From Mustelus asterias (taxonomy: Eukaryota), in NCBI RefSeq assembly GCF_964213995.1, contig NW_027590163.1, positions 372,001 through 436,000 of the forward strand: a stretch of DNA of 64,000 nucleotides, written 5' to 3'. The notes below the pieces were generated by a model. The model saw only the letters and a program-made list of their open reading frames with translations. It searched no databases and was not told the DNA's origin. The position numbers were made by a program, and so were the translations under genes. Numbering within the stretch: the stretch's first letter is position 1; each line of letters starts with the position of its first letter. Positions 63,346 to 64,000 of the stretch are shown piece by piece.

Positions 63346-64000
63346 TAGTGTACTGATTACCACATTCACCTAACGATAGATTCCCAGTTCGAAAGCGGGC
63401 GGAAACATTTGTACACTAATATACTTTTAATATACTTTTAACAACAGAGTGAGGAAAAGAACAGTCGTTCACGTTTAATGTTGAATATTAACTGAATACT
63501 GTATCTTACGCTGTGTTAAATTTACCCTTCCCTTCACGGTTTCGGACGCACTCAAACCCAGCAAAACATTTTTCACTGATTCTCGCTCTGAGGGCTCAGA
63601 AAGCCTCCCTCAAACCTGCACACTCCGGCTGATTGCTGCAGATTTGTGTCAGATTATTAAAGGCTCCTGCAGCACCACCTCCGTTAATAACAGTCACTCG
63701 AAGCCACATTTCAAACGGGGAAACAAAACCAACAATGATTCTCTCTTCTCCGGCTTCACAGTGAGTGAGACAGAAACAAGCAGCAGATTTCACCCCGCAG
63801 TCTCCAATCACCCACTGTCAGCAGAACGTCGCGACTGCAGATGCATCTGTACGTTGTTTTAAACTCAGAGTGAGGATCAATAATTTATTGTCGAAAATTA
63901 ACTCAATACAGTATTTTAATTTCCTCATACCTCTCTCGTTCTGTGCACACTCAAACGCAATATTTTTCACTGACTCCCTTTTCCAGCTCTGAAGGTTCAG

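Noticed and set aside
63400-64000. Possible promoter or exon at the right edge
   Set aside because: No ORF, homology or motif cluster I can support within the window.

Overview
Eukaryotic, repeat-rich genomic DNA from a cartilaginous fish (shark-type IgM, SINEs and CR1 LINEs). The window opens with the 3' end of an IgM heavy-chain cluster: Cmu4 plus secretory tail (246-637), TM1 (4191-4318) and TM2 (4458-4466). Next come a near full-length but inactivated CR1 LINE (about 7.7-12.2 kb, minus strand), an apparently intact two-exon GPR139/GPR142-like rhodopsin-family GPCR (19807-15062, minus strand, 326 aa) and a frameshifted C2H2 zinc-finger pseudogene (about 21.1-22.3 kb). An old, colinear segmental duplication follows (about 23.9-40.4 kb vs 49.1-61.7 kb), bracketing a second, truncated GPR139-like gene (41297-47385, plus strand). 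The rest is nested CR1, Rex1/Babar, RTE, Penelope, Gypsy, Harbinger-type and SINE debris. I cannot demonstrate a wholly new biological system. The best leads are the duplicated cassette (CCAAT-array promoter-like segment, unexplained conserved blocks) linked to GPR139-like genes beside an IgM cluster, a Penelope insertion with hammerhead-ribozyme-like inverted termini, tandem 5' monomers on a CR1, and a long CA tract in the intron that controls the IgM secreted/membrane choice. Repeat boundaries were read by eye and are approximate.
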